From Octopus sinensis (lineage: Eukaryota): a stretch of DNA of 64,000 nucleotides. The translations under genes and the position numbers were made by a program. The notes below the pieces were generated by a model. That model was not told the DNA's origin, made no database searches, and saw only the letters and a program-made list of their open reading frames with translations. The stretch lies in the NCBI RefSeq assembly GCF_006345805.1, contig NC_043012.1:55738001-55802000 (forward strand), read 5' to 3'. This document shows, piece by piece, positions 52,851-64,000 of the stretch (position 1 is the stretch's first letter; each line of letters opens with the position of its first letter).

Positions 52851-53649
52851 AAATTAAAATTCGTCCGAAATTTTAATCCTGCTATCGGATTAGGTTTTGA
52901 GAATTTAATATATGCCCATAACTCTCAATGGTTAATTACTAGCAGAACATAGGTTCTTCATAGTCCTCATTTAGCGTGTTCTGCTTGGTTTCTTTCATTT
53001 CATGTGATTCCGTGCCATTCTTATCACATTCATTTCCTCCCCTACTGATCTCCACCAGATGGTCATGTGTTATCACACTTTCATTTCCCATCTCTGGGTT
53101 TCAATCCATAACATGCCGAGTCAAACATCCTTCCGGTATTCTTCTTATATAACCTACCCATCTTTACTTTCGTATCATTTTTTTTTGTTTGCCAATGGGT
53201 TCCAGAGGTCTTTGTTCACAAATTTTGGAGGTCCGATAGTTAGTATTCCTAAAGAAGTATCTCTCCATGAATGTTTGGAGCTTTCTGGTAATGTTTACGT
53301 TCATTCCTTATGAATCGATATCTTTTAGCAGGATGGAGATTTGGCGTTGCTATTAAAAATTCTCAACTTAATACGTCCAGAATTATTACAGTTATTGTTA
53401 TCAAGGCAGTGAGCAGCCAGAATCATTAACTTACCGGACAAAATGCTTAGTGGCATTTCAGCCGTCTTTGCGTTCTGAGTTCAAACTCCGCTTCGATCGA
53501 CTTTGCCTTCCATCCTTTCGGGGTCTATGAAACAAGTACCAGTGCAAAATTTTAGGCTTTGTGCCTATAAGTAGAAAAGATTATTAAGGCGAAGGCAGAG
53601 GTAATAAAAAATGAAACTAAGACAAAGGATTATGTAAGCATATATAGTC

Positions 53650-53880
53650 TTAGCGTTAGACTTTACACTTAGTCTACAGCTTGCTGGTCACCGCAGCCGT
53701 CTTAACCTGGTGTGCCAGCTGTCGTCAGATCTCCAAGTCTTTAAAGAGGCGGGTTGGATTGCGCGGGCTGATTCGCATTTTAAAACTACTCAACTGGAAG
53801 AAAAGCCCGGCAACGTCAAGGATCGGTTTACATAGCCACTTGAGGGTGTGCCGCTCTTCCTCACGATCTTGAGACACGAT
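53650..53880 (+). mobile_element. RTE-clade LINE C-terminal remnant
   Basis: ...SRIGLHSHLRVC (RTE terminal zinc-finger signature) followed by (CA)n. Confidence 0.65.
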
Positions 53881-53887
53881 ATATATT

Positions 53888-53938
<51 letters not shown>

Positions 53939-53961
53939 TGTGTGTATGTATGTATGTTTAT

Positions 53962-54330
53962 GTCAGGTCACTTTCGAGTGCTACTGGTGACATGAAACCT
54001 AGTACAACCTGTTGCATTGTCGGGTCGTCGGCGACTAAACCGCAACTCCACTAAGCTTGCTTGGTGAGGAGACACCCTGCGAGATGAAAAACAAAACACG
54101 TCATAGGGCGGAGGAACTCTTGAGAGTCAACGGCCATCCAATAAATGTATTAACGATGTATCATGCGCGGGGACATAGAAATAATCGGACTGAATACCCT
54201 TCCGCGGTTAAACCATTGGGAGTGAAGGACTCCTAGCCTTTGTTAGGGCATCCTTCTAGGCATTGCACGATAACAACATTGATTAAGCTTCGTGCAATGG
54301 CCATACTCGATAACGAGGGGGCAGCCACCA
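53962..54330 (+). mobile_element. Short non-coding element ending in an RTE 3' tail (bipartite non-autonomous RTE candidate)
   Basis: The last ~45 nt are identical to the tail at ~35334-35378 (-) and are followed by (TATG)n. The body has no RT ORF. Confidence 0.55.
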
Positions 54331-54344
54331 TGTATGTATATATG

Positions 54345-54394
<50 letters not shown>

Positions 54395-54408
54395 ATATAT
54401 AATATATA

Positions 54409-54756
54409 AGTTCAGCAAAATTTAGATTCAGATGAATATGGTACTTAAGTTAAAGGTACCAAAATTTTGTATGGTATTATCCATATAAATCAAATGGGGT
54501 GATTGTAATCAAAATAAGCAACAAGTATATCCAAGGTAGAGTAGTGCAATTGTTTCATGCTACTTCATTTTATTAAACACCGTAAGCATTACATCAGTGT
54601 TAAAATGTCGTGCAATCTTCAGCCACTTATAGAATTTTCCAATTAAACGGACAATACACATTCTTATCCCTATTTCATTTGTTTAATAAAATGAAGTAGC
54701 ATGAAACAATTGTACTACTCTCCTACCTGGGTATACTTGTTGGCATATTTTGATTA
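54409..54756. mobile_element. Penelope-like fragment in (TA)n with ~75-bp fold-back and A3-U8 hammerhead-like core
   Basis: Inverted arms 54506-54579 and 54680-54756. ATGAATA-T-GGTAC...GTACC-AAAA at 54432-54464. Confidence 0.55.
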
Positions 54757-54775
54757 TATATATATAATATAATAT

Positions 54776-54809
<34 letters not shown>

Positions 54810-54820
54810 ATATATATATA

Positions 54821-54932
<112 letters not shown>

Positions 54933-55131
54933 ATATTTATATATATATATGTTGCTCGAAATGAGGAGTAGATTGACAGCCAACAACTGATGAGGGTCCG
55001 TTCTTTATGTTACTTGTCTTGTTTTCCATTTGTTTCTCTCCTTGTTCGCATACTAAAGTTGTTTTCGCATTTCATGTTGTTACATTTTGCGCCGTCCTGT
55101 ACCCATATATGCATATATATATATATATATA

Positions 55132-55174
<43 letters not shown>

Positions 55175-55217
55175 TATATATGTATGTATGTATGTACATA
55201 CATGTATGTATATACGC

Positions 55218-55281
<64 letters not shown>

Positions 55282-55399
55282 ATGTATATATATATGTATG
55301 TATACATATATATATACATATATATATACATACATATATAATATATATATATACACACACACATATATATATATATAATTTATATTATAATATGATTGA

Positions 55400-55830
55400 A
55401 CGCCACCACACATCCATTTCCAAGTAGATATATGGGGCAGCAAGACGTTCCCAATAATCCTGGTTTTAAGCGTAGTCGCCTGCATTTAGCCAAGTGATGC
55501 CAAGGTACTTCAGATCTTCTTTGAGGGTGGCGCGCCATCCCATCTCCCGCTCTCCTTCTCTTCGCTCTTCCCTCCGGTGTTATTCAGGTATTCATTGTAC
55601 TGCTGTCTTGACTACGCGTTCTTCTGGCAGGCAAAAGAGAAATTGTGTCTCGAGCACAATAATGCTCGCCGACAAAACCCAGCTGATAGAGTTTAAAAGA
55701 TAGCCTAGAGCTTGAATGGATAGGCGGTTTGAGGAAAGCTTCTTATCTGCTCTGTCAACAGGCCGTAGAGTCTCGAAGGGAAAAGAAACAGACGGAAGAC
55801 AGAGGAGCTGAGATTCTCTTCTATATTAGA
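55400..55830 (-). mobile_element. RTE-clade LINE 3' remnant
   Basis: LPEERVVKTAVQ.IPE.HRR...GWRATLKEDLKYLGITW...DYWERLAA, with stops. Confidence 0.75.
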
Positions 55831-55849
55831 TAAAAGCTGCGAGTGAAAC

Positions 55850-55985
55850 ACCACTATTATCATCGACGTCGTCGTCGTCGTCGCCGCCGTCGCCGCCGTC
55901 GTCATCATTATTATCCTCGCAGCCACTACCACCACCACCACCACCACCCACCACCCACCATCATGATCGGCATCAGCATTATCAC

Positions 55986-56035
<50 letters not shown>

Positions 56036-56089
56036 CGACCACTACCACCATCATCGTCGTCATCATCATCCTCATCATTATCATCGTCA

Positions 56090-56120
<31 letters not shown>

Positions 56121-56537
56121 TCATCATCAGCAGCAGCATCATCACCATCATAATCGTCATCAGCATCATCATCATCACGACCACTACCACCATCATCGTC
56201 GTCGTCGTCGTCGTCATCGTCATTATCATCGTCACAGCCACTACCACCACCACCACCACCACCACTATCATCATTGTCATTCTCATCATCATCGTCATCT
56301 TCCTCATCATCATCATTGCCGTTGTCATCGTCATCGTCTTCATTATCGTCATCGTCGTCGTCGTCGCCAACATCATTATCGCCGTTATCATCATCGTCAT
56401 CATCATCATCATCGTTGCTGTCGTTGTTCTCATCCTCGTCATTGTCGTCGATGTCGTCATCATCATCATCATCACCATCAACAACAACAGCACTTATGGT
56501 AACTGAAGAAACGATAAGATTCAAAAGGGAGAGAGAG

Positions 56538-56616
<79 letters not shown>
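55850..56616. repeat. Mosaic trinucleotide array (CAT/CAC/CGT/CAG) plus (GA)n
   Basis: Read directly. The internal anchor CAGCCACTACCACCACC recurs. Confidence 0.9.
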
Positions 56617-56620
<4 letters not shown>

Positions 56621-57178
56621 GAGTGTAGGAAGTCGAGAATGAAAAGGTAAGGCGGAATATTTCTTCAGGTGCGATGTGACATTCTTGGGTACGTTGAAGA
56701 TAGAGTGGGAGGAGAGGAATGTGTACAATATTCAGAGAGAGAAAGAGGAAGATAGATACAGAGAAAAAGAGAGAGGGAAATAGATAGAGACTGAGAGAGA
56801 GAGAGAGGGAGGGAGAGAGAGGGAGAGAAAAAGAGTGGTGGAAGGAGAGAAGGTGAGGATGGGTGAATTACAAGAAGTAGAGTAGTAGTAGTAGTAGGAG
56901 GAGGAGGAGATGACGGAGGATGAAAAAGACGAAGAAGAGAAAGAATTTATTGAAGGAGATAGTTGTAAGGAAAACAGAAAGTAAAGTGATGAAGTGACGT
57001 TAAAAAACTCATTAGGATGTCGCAGGTAAGAAAAAAAGAGAAAAACTTATGCATTGTCATTAAGCCCCAAATCGGCCAAGATCCAACAAAGTTATCCAGT
57101 CGTGACCATCTCATATTATTTTCAAGAATGTGCCCTCCGAAGGACGACATTGTCTAATGCGGTCATTATTTTGTTGTG

Positions 57179-57587
57179 GCTTTTAGCATTTAAACCGGCC
57201 GTACTTGGTCCTAATATTCTACTTGTTTTAGGTTCAAACCGGTCTGATCCGGTCTCTCACACCTTCACTACAATGTCATTCCAGAACTAACTAGTCACGT
57301 CAATGAAATCTTGAAGCTACAGGATAAACGTACCCAAGAATGTCACATCGCAGCAGAAGAAATATTCCGCCTTACCTGACTTCCTACACTTATTTCTCTC
57401 TCTCTCCCTCTCTCTCTTTTTTGAATCTTATCTCTCTGCGAGAAAGATAGAGCTTGCTTACCAATCACATGGTTCCGGGTTCAGTCCCACTGCGTGGCAC
57501 CTAGGGCAAATGTGTTCAGCTATAACCTCGGGCCGACCAAAACCTTGTGAGTGGATTTGATAGACGGAAACTGAAAGAAGCCCGTCG

Positions 57588-57643
<56 letters not shown>

Positions 57644-57978
57644 TGTGTTTGTCCCCCCACCATCGCTTGACAACCGATGTTGGTGTGTTTACGTCCCCGT
57701 AACTTAGCGGTTCAGCAAAAGTGACCGATAGAGTAAGTACTAGACTTACAAAGAATAAGTACTGGGGTCGATTTGCTCGACCAAAGGCGGTGCTCCAGCA
57801 TGGCCGCAGTCAAATGACTGAAACAAGTAAAAGAATAAAAAGAATAAAAGAATGTGAATAAATGGCGGTGCCCCAGCATGGCCACAGCTTGTGAGCTGAA
57901 ACTAAATGGAATTTTTAAAAAATAAATAAAAAATAAGCATTACATTTGACAGAGTAATCTGAAGGTTAAAGGTTTTAC
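57179..57978. mobile_element. piggyBac-like MITE with a nested inverted local copy and a 5'-truncated SINE A (57451-57853)
   Basis: Left TTTAGCATTTAAACCGGCC..., right ...GCATTACATTTGACAGAGTAATCTGAAGGTTAAAGG. Same family as 25254-25964. Confidence 0.65.
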
Positions 57979-58189
57979 GCGGTAAGAATTCAATTGCTCT
58001 TTCTAGCAGTTTGGGAGACCACGTCGGAGCCCTCCCGTTGGTTTTTACTGATTGCTTATGTGAATGCAAAGAATATGTTTTATGCGTGATGCTACTATGC
58101 GAGAAAGATAGAGATGGTTCTCGAAGCTGGTTTAGTAGTAGAGATTATACATGAGGTCGTGGTGGTGGTGGTGGTTGCGGAGGCGGTGG

Positions 58190-58223
<34 letters not shown>

Positions 58224-58299
58224 GAACTTTGCAAAAAGGAGGAGGAGGAAGGGGAAGCAGCGAAAAAGATGAGGCACTACTACTACTACTACTACTACA

Positions 58300-58340
<41 letters not shown>

Positions 58341-58601
58341 AAACAAATCGACCCCAGTACTTATTCTTTGTAAGCCTAGTGCTTATTCTATCGGTTTCTT
58401 TTGCCGAACCGCTAAGTTCGCGAACACACACACACCAACACCGGCTGTCAAGCGATGATGAGGGGACAAATACAGACACACAAACATTGACAAGAAGAGA
58501 CTTTAAAAAATACGTGAATATAGCGGAAAAAATATGGTGGTGGATCTCCGTCGTTCGATTAATTAGATTATCTGCTCCTGAATTAGTGAAGTTGAATTTT
58601 T

Positions 58602-58986
58602 GGAAGCACTCCGTCGGTTACGACGACGAGGGTTCCGGTTGATCCGAATCAACGGAACAGCCTGCTCGTGAAATTAACGTGTAAGTGGCTGAGCACTCCA
58701 CAGACACGTGTACCCTTAACGTAGTTCTCGGGGATATTCAGCGTGACACAGAGAGTGACAAGGCCGGCCCTTTGAAATACAGGTACAACAGAAACAGGAA
58801 GTAAGAGTGAGAGAAGGTTGTGGTGAAAGAGTACAGCAGGGATCACCACCATCCCTTGCCGGAGCCTTGTGGAACTTTTAGGTGTTTTCGCTCAATAAAC
58901 ACTCACAACGCCCGGTCTGGGAATCGAAACCGTGATCCTGTGACCGCGAGTCCGCTGCCCTAACCACTGGGCCATTGCGCCTCCAC
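58602..58986 (-). mobile_element. Full-length SINE family C with perfect 12-bp TSD
   Basis: AGTTGAATTTTT at 58590-58601 and 58987-58998. tRNA-like head with A box TGGCCCAGTGG and B box GGTTTCGATTCC. Confidence 0.93.
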
Positions 58987-59249
58987 AGTTGAATTTTTAA
59001 CACACACGTGTATCCTTAAAGTAAGCTTCATGCAGAATCCGTGTGACGCAGTGTGCAACACAGTATGTCAGTAGTCTCCGACCTTTTTTTACACCACGGA
59101 CTGGCTTCATGTGGGGAAATCTTTCCGCAGACCGGTAGTGGCATATATGTGCGTATTTTAAGGGCATTTCGACAAAGTGAACAACAATAAAAAGAGTAAT
59201 TTATTAACGGGAAGAAAAAGTGTATAATCGACTCTTATGTACCGAAATT

Positions 59250-59654
59250 GGATCTTTTCGGTTTGAACGGCAGTTTTTTCTAGCGGTGTCATATGAAATT
59301 GTTACCCATAATTATGACCCTAGAATCGATCTATTGCATTTCAATCTGTTTTAGGGTTAGGGGAAGGGTATATTTTTTTCTTCACAAATATAAATAAACC
59401 CAATCTGTTTGTTAAACGAGGGACATATTCATACGGCACAGAATGCTTTTTAACTCAATAGACGTCATTGATTGGTTGAAATTGCAGAAATTGAAGAAAA
59501 AACCCAACAAATATCTTACAAACTACAGAATTTTCTCAATAAAGCCAAGAGAAAAAGATGTTTTATAAACACATTCTACCAGTATACGAAGTTTAAAAGT
59601 GTTTAGTTAGGTGGAAATTATTTTAAAAAACTGCCGTTCAAACCGATAAGATCC
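59250..59654 (-). mobile_element. Merlin-like MITE copy 2 with 8-bp TSD
   Basis: CCGAAATT at 59242-59249 and 59655-59662, GG...CC termini, ~29-bp TIRs. Reverse orientation relative to 22426-22846. Confidence 0.88.
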
Positions 59655-59865
59655 CCGAAATTATTTAAAATCTGAAAATTAGTAGGGATTATAAAGTTAG
59701 TTGAAAATTATTACAAATAAATAAAAATATACACTGATTGTAAAATGTACTTACAGTTATGAAAGATAGTTTTGAGTAGATGAATATGGAATATTTAAAC
59801 AAAGTTTTTAAAATTGAAGTCCAATATTAAATTTATCTAATATATATTTAAATAATTATTTCTTT

Positions 59866-60120
59866 GTGGAGGCACATAGCCTAGTGATTAGAGCAGCGGA
59901 CTCGCGGTCGAGGGATCGCGAGTTCGAATCTCAGACCGTGTGTTTATGAGCGGCTCCGGCAGAAGGTAATGGCGAACTTCTGCTGACACTTTCACCACAA
60001 CTTTCTCTCACTCTTTCCTCTTGCAGCTCACCGGCGTCCCGTCCAGGTGGGGAACCTATACGCCAAGGAAACCGGAAACCGGCCCTTATGAGCCATGGCT
60101 CGAGAAGGAACAAACAGCAA
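59866..60120 (+). mobile_element. SINE family D with internal deletions
   Basis: Aligns with 28589-28899. Confidence 0.85.
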
Positions 60121-61214
60121 TTATTTCTTTGCACCCCGGGAGCAAATGATCCATGGACCGGTGGTTGGGGACTTCTGCAGTATGTCACAAGGTTGTGTCT
60201 GCAGTTCAGAAGGCACAACCTTGTCACATACCTGTATTGGTGTCTTAATAAAGGCATCGTAAAATCTTTCCAAAAATTGTACAAGAAATGAGAATTTAAA
60301 TTTAAACTTTACTTTTAATTTATATTTATCTGTCTTATTTGTTTGGCCTTTTTTACTTTTCAAATTTTCAAATGCAAACAATTAGGATGTTTCTAGAAAC
60401 CTGGAGAGTCTATGTTTATGAGAAACCTTAAAGAAATAAAGAAAGAAGAAAAACAAAAGCAGGGGGCATACATTCATAAAGGATTCAAGGTGTAAGAGGC
60501 ATATAGAGTTTAAATATTGTCTTCAAACCGTGATTTCGAAGTTTCGCTTGCAGCTGCTCGTCAGTTTTCACGTTGGGATGTTTTCAGAAAACGAATTATA
60601 TAAGAAGAGTTTTTTTCTTTACTCAGATTGTTACACGACAGTCAGTACAATAAGCCATAGTTATCTCGGATTCCACAATGTTGGCTCAAATTGAGAAAAT
60701 CTTAATATTACTATAATACTCCCTTCATTAAATATGTTAAGTACCAAAGCTTAACTATTATTTTTTCATGTAGATGACGTCTCTAAATTATTTAATCTCT
60801 AAACGTTTCAGTTTTCCTACGCCAATAAATGTAGAATGGTGTACATTTATTTGGGATTTCTCCATCACCACTTCGACATCTTTGGTGAACAATATGTTTC
60901 GCTGATGAGGTCTCTTGTATATGACGAATTAATTCAAATAATATTAGTCATTTACTAATACATTTTCCTTTCCGTGTTTCTTCTTGTTAGCTTTTTTAAT
61001 GCTCCCCGGATAAAATATAACCAGGCACACAAACACATATGGAATCTTTATGAACAGCTAAAGGCCGTTGAATAAATTTGAAACCGACAGAGTTGATTTC
61101 CTTAGTTAGAACAGTTTTCCCATGATCCAGTGAGATGTACACCACAGAGCACAAAAACAGCACACAAAAATATTACTACCAATCCATTCAGATGATGACA
61201 CCAAGAAGTCCGTG

Positions 61215-61398
61215 GAAGTTACAGACACACAAACAAACACACACACATATATACATATACATATATACGACGGGCTTCTTTCAGTTTCCGTCTACCAAAC
61301 CCATTCACAAGGCTTTGGTCAGCCCGAGGCCATAGTAGAAGAGACTTGCCCATGGTGCCACACAGTAGGACTGAACCCGAAACCATGTGGTTGGTAAT
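61215..61398 (-). mobile_element. SINE family A 5' half
   Basis: GGGCTTCTTTCAGTTTCCGTCTACCAAA...GACTGAACCCGAAACCATGTGG. Confidence 0.8.
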
Positions 61399-61737
61399 GT
61401 GTCTATTTTATGTGCATTAGTGTAAATATTGGTGTATGTATATGTAGGAACACATCTGTGCGCGCGCGTGTGTGTACGTGTGTACTTGTGTAATTATATA
61501 TCATTGGTCAGTGTTCACACATTCGCACACCCACACACATACACTCGTACACCCACGCGTACCCAAATACAGTCATGCGTGAAAATAACTGACTGCACCC
61601 AAAATTCTTTAACACAGAATTCTTTAACATTAAATTTTGGCTCAAAACAAGTCTTCGCTTGCCACAGGACCTTGATACATGTCAGTGACAATTATATGTA
61701 TATCTGTATATATCTATGTTTGCCTATACATATCATA

Positions 61738-61871
<134 letters not shown>

Positions 61872-61882
61872 GTATATATATA

Positions 61883-62076
61883 CATTGCAGCGTGGAAGGT
61901 GTTTGTAAGCCATTTAAGAACACACAACACCGTTCGTTCACTTCAACATTTAATTTTAATTTGTCGAAATATTTTCGTCGCTTTAAGACCGCGACCTGTT
62001 CACTGACAAAAATCCGTGCTTTGTTTTCGTTTCAGCACACGATCTCAGATCAATCACTTGCTATGCAAGTACATCT

Positions 62077-62079
<3 letters not shown>
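61883..62079 (-). mobile_element. Penelope-like fragment in (TA)n with G3-C8 hammerhead-like motif
   Basis: (TA)n on both sides. Minus strand TTTGTC-A-GTGAACA-G-GTCGC(ggtcttaaa)GCGAC-GAAA-ATATT-TC-GACAAA. Confidence 0.6.
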
Positions 62080-62112
<33 letters not shown>

Positions 62113-62257
62113 TAATATACACACACACACACGCTGGCACATGCATATATGTTGAGGTATATGCATGTATGTACATGTATATATAATATCTATCTATACC
62201 TGTCTGTCTGCCTGTCTGTCTGCTTGCCTGTCCGACCGTCCGTCTGTCTGTCTATAG

Positions 62258-62415
62258 ATGTGTGGTAAGAAGGTTGCTTGCCAACTACATGGTGTAGGGT
62301 TCATTTACACTGCGTGGCACCTTGGGTAAGTGTTTTCTACTGTAGCCTCGAGTTGACCAAAACTTTGTGAGTAGATTTGGTAGAGGGAAACTGAAAGAAA
62401 CCCGTCGTATATATA
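62258..62415 (+). mobile_element. SINE family A 5' half, degenerate
   Basis: GTGTGGTAAGAAGG...GGCACCTTGGGTAAGTG...AACTGAAAGAAACCCGTCG. Confidence 0.75.
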
Positions 62416-62441
62416 CATGCATAATATATATATTATATATA

Positions 62442-62486
<45 letters not shown>

Positions 62487-62513
62487 AAAGAGAGTTTCTC
62501 TGTGTGTGTTTGT

Positions 62514-62575
<62 letters not shown>

Positions 62576-62842
62576 TGGTGGTGTTGTTCTTATGCATTCC
62601 AAAAGTGAGTTGCCGATTTTGACGTATGGGATGTCAAAAGATTCAGTAATCTCTCGGCTACCAAATAACTTTATTTTAATTTGCATATTTTCTACGTTAT
62701 TTCGGCAACCAGATATAGTTATTTGAAAGACACTGCCCTGCAAAGACCAAGTTTCATTACAAAATGAAAATAGTTTCACACTTTCAATTTGAACCAAAAT
62801 GACAAAGTGTTGCATTACGAGAGTGACGATGTGTGAAATAAT

Positions 62843-63031
62843 CCCTTGTATCATAGGCACAAGGCCTGAAATTTGAGGACGTGGGCTAGCCGATTACATC
62901 GACCCCAGTACTCAAATGATACTTAATTTATCGACCCCGAAAGGATGAGAAGCAAAGTCGGCCTCGGCGGAATTTGAATTCAGAACGTAGCGACATCCAG
63001 CGTGCTAAAAATTCTGCCAGCTCGCCGCCTT
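62843..63031 (-). mobile_element. SINE family B with internal deletion
   Basis: Reverse complement AAGGCGGCGAGCTGGCAGAA...GAATTCAAATTCCGCCGAGG...GGCCTTGTGCC. Confidence 0.85.
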
Positions 63032-63378
63032 GACGATGCGTGAATAACGAAAGTAATGTTTCCCCGAATTAGTCACATCTGTACCATAAAAAAGGAAGTT
63101 ATAATAAATAAACAATGCTTTTGACACAACACCTCTTTTTTACTTCTAAAATTACCTTGGAAACGAGATCGAGTTGCACAATTTTGAGGTCATTTTCGGG
63201 CAATATATCGATTTGTTTCTAATGTTTCACTTTCGTCCAATGTTTCACGCATGCGTAGAATTCTACTCAGACAAACATTTATGAAAATAAACACATAAAT
63301 ATTATATTAAAATAAACCACAACCAAAACAATTTCATACACAGACATCCATTTCTCTATATGCTATGAGGAAACACAG

Positions 63379-63431
<53 letters not shown>

Positions 63432-64000
63432 CTCTCTCTCTTTCTCACATGTACACACATACATACATGCAAAAAGATGCATGCATATGTATTTATGTAC
63501 GTGTATATGAAGGATAATGTGTGTGAGAGAGAGAGAGGAGTGTGCCACTTACACATACATGCAAAAAATATATATATGACAACACACACCTTCACTCACT
63601 CACTCACTCACTCACTCAATCTTTCTCTCTGTCTCACGCACACGCATCCACGCACATACACATTCATGTCCATTTAATATACACGTACATACATCTTTCA
63701 CTTTCTTCTCTCTTTCACTTTTTGCTCTCACTTCAAAGCAAATGTCGCCTTTTCACTTTCTCCTCTCTTTGCATTTCTACTCTCTTCAAAGCATCTTTAC
63801 GGAAATTAACGAACAATCATATGATCCCATATGATCAAACGTATGATCAAGTTGATAACTTTGCTGATTCAAACGAAAGGATGCCATGAAATAACTTCCT
63901 TTGAACCCCCCCCCCCACTCTAGGCAAAACTTCTGTGCTAGTTATGTTATTTCTTGCTGTGTGAACGCGCAAAATTACGGCTCAAATCCAATTGAAATGA

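Noticed and set aside
53962-54050. HDV-like ribozyme at the 5' end of the RTE-tailed element
   Set aside because: A P4-like hairpin and CTAA are present, but there is no room for P3/L3 or a P1 helix.
54951-55010. Type II hammerhead (CGAAA...CTGATGAG)
   Set aside because: Stems I and III cannot be formed and stem II is marginal.
58910-58986. tRNA gene at the head of family C (and other SINE heads)
   Set aside because: A/B boxes are present but there is no complete cloverleaf, and the head is continuous with a TSD-bounded SINE.

Overview
AT-rich animal genomic DNA, saturated with microsatellites and transposon debris. The SINE families, (TA)n/(TATG)n/(CA)n density and RTE/mariner remnants point to an octopus (coleoid cephalopod) genome; this is inference from repeat content. 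I cannot support any intact host protein-coding gene, tRNA or rRNA gene. Almost every listed ORF is a microsatellite or TE artefact, so the window reads as intergenic or intronic. Contents: several tRNA-derived SINE families (labelled A-H here), including TSD-bounded dimers; RTE and Hero-like LINE 3' remnants; mariner remnants; MITEs with intact TIRs and TSDs (Merlin-like, MULE/Merlin-like, hAT-like, piggyBac-like); a non-autonomous Helitron; about 0.9 kb of degenerate TTAGGG; and a near-identical 218/220-bp tandem duplication. The most interesting signal is a set of type I hammerhead-ribozyme-like motifs, mostly in short Penelope-like fragments embedded in (TA)n. One has a nearly complete fold (49194-49281). 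Across the motifs, core positions 3 and 8 show all four Watson-Crick combinations (C-G, G-C, U-A, A-U). Several related fragments also carry fold-back inverted duplications.
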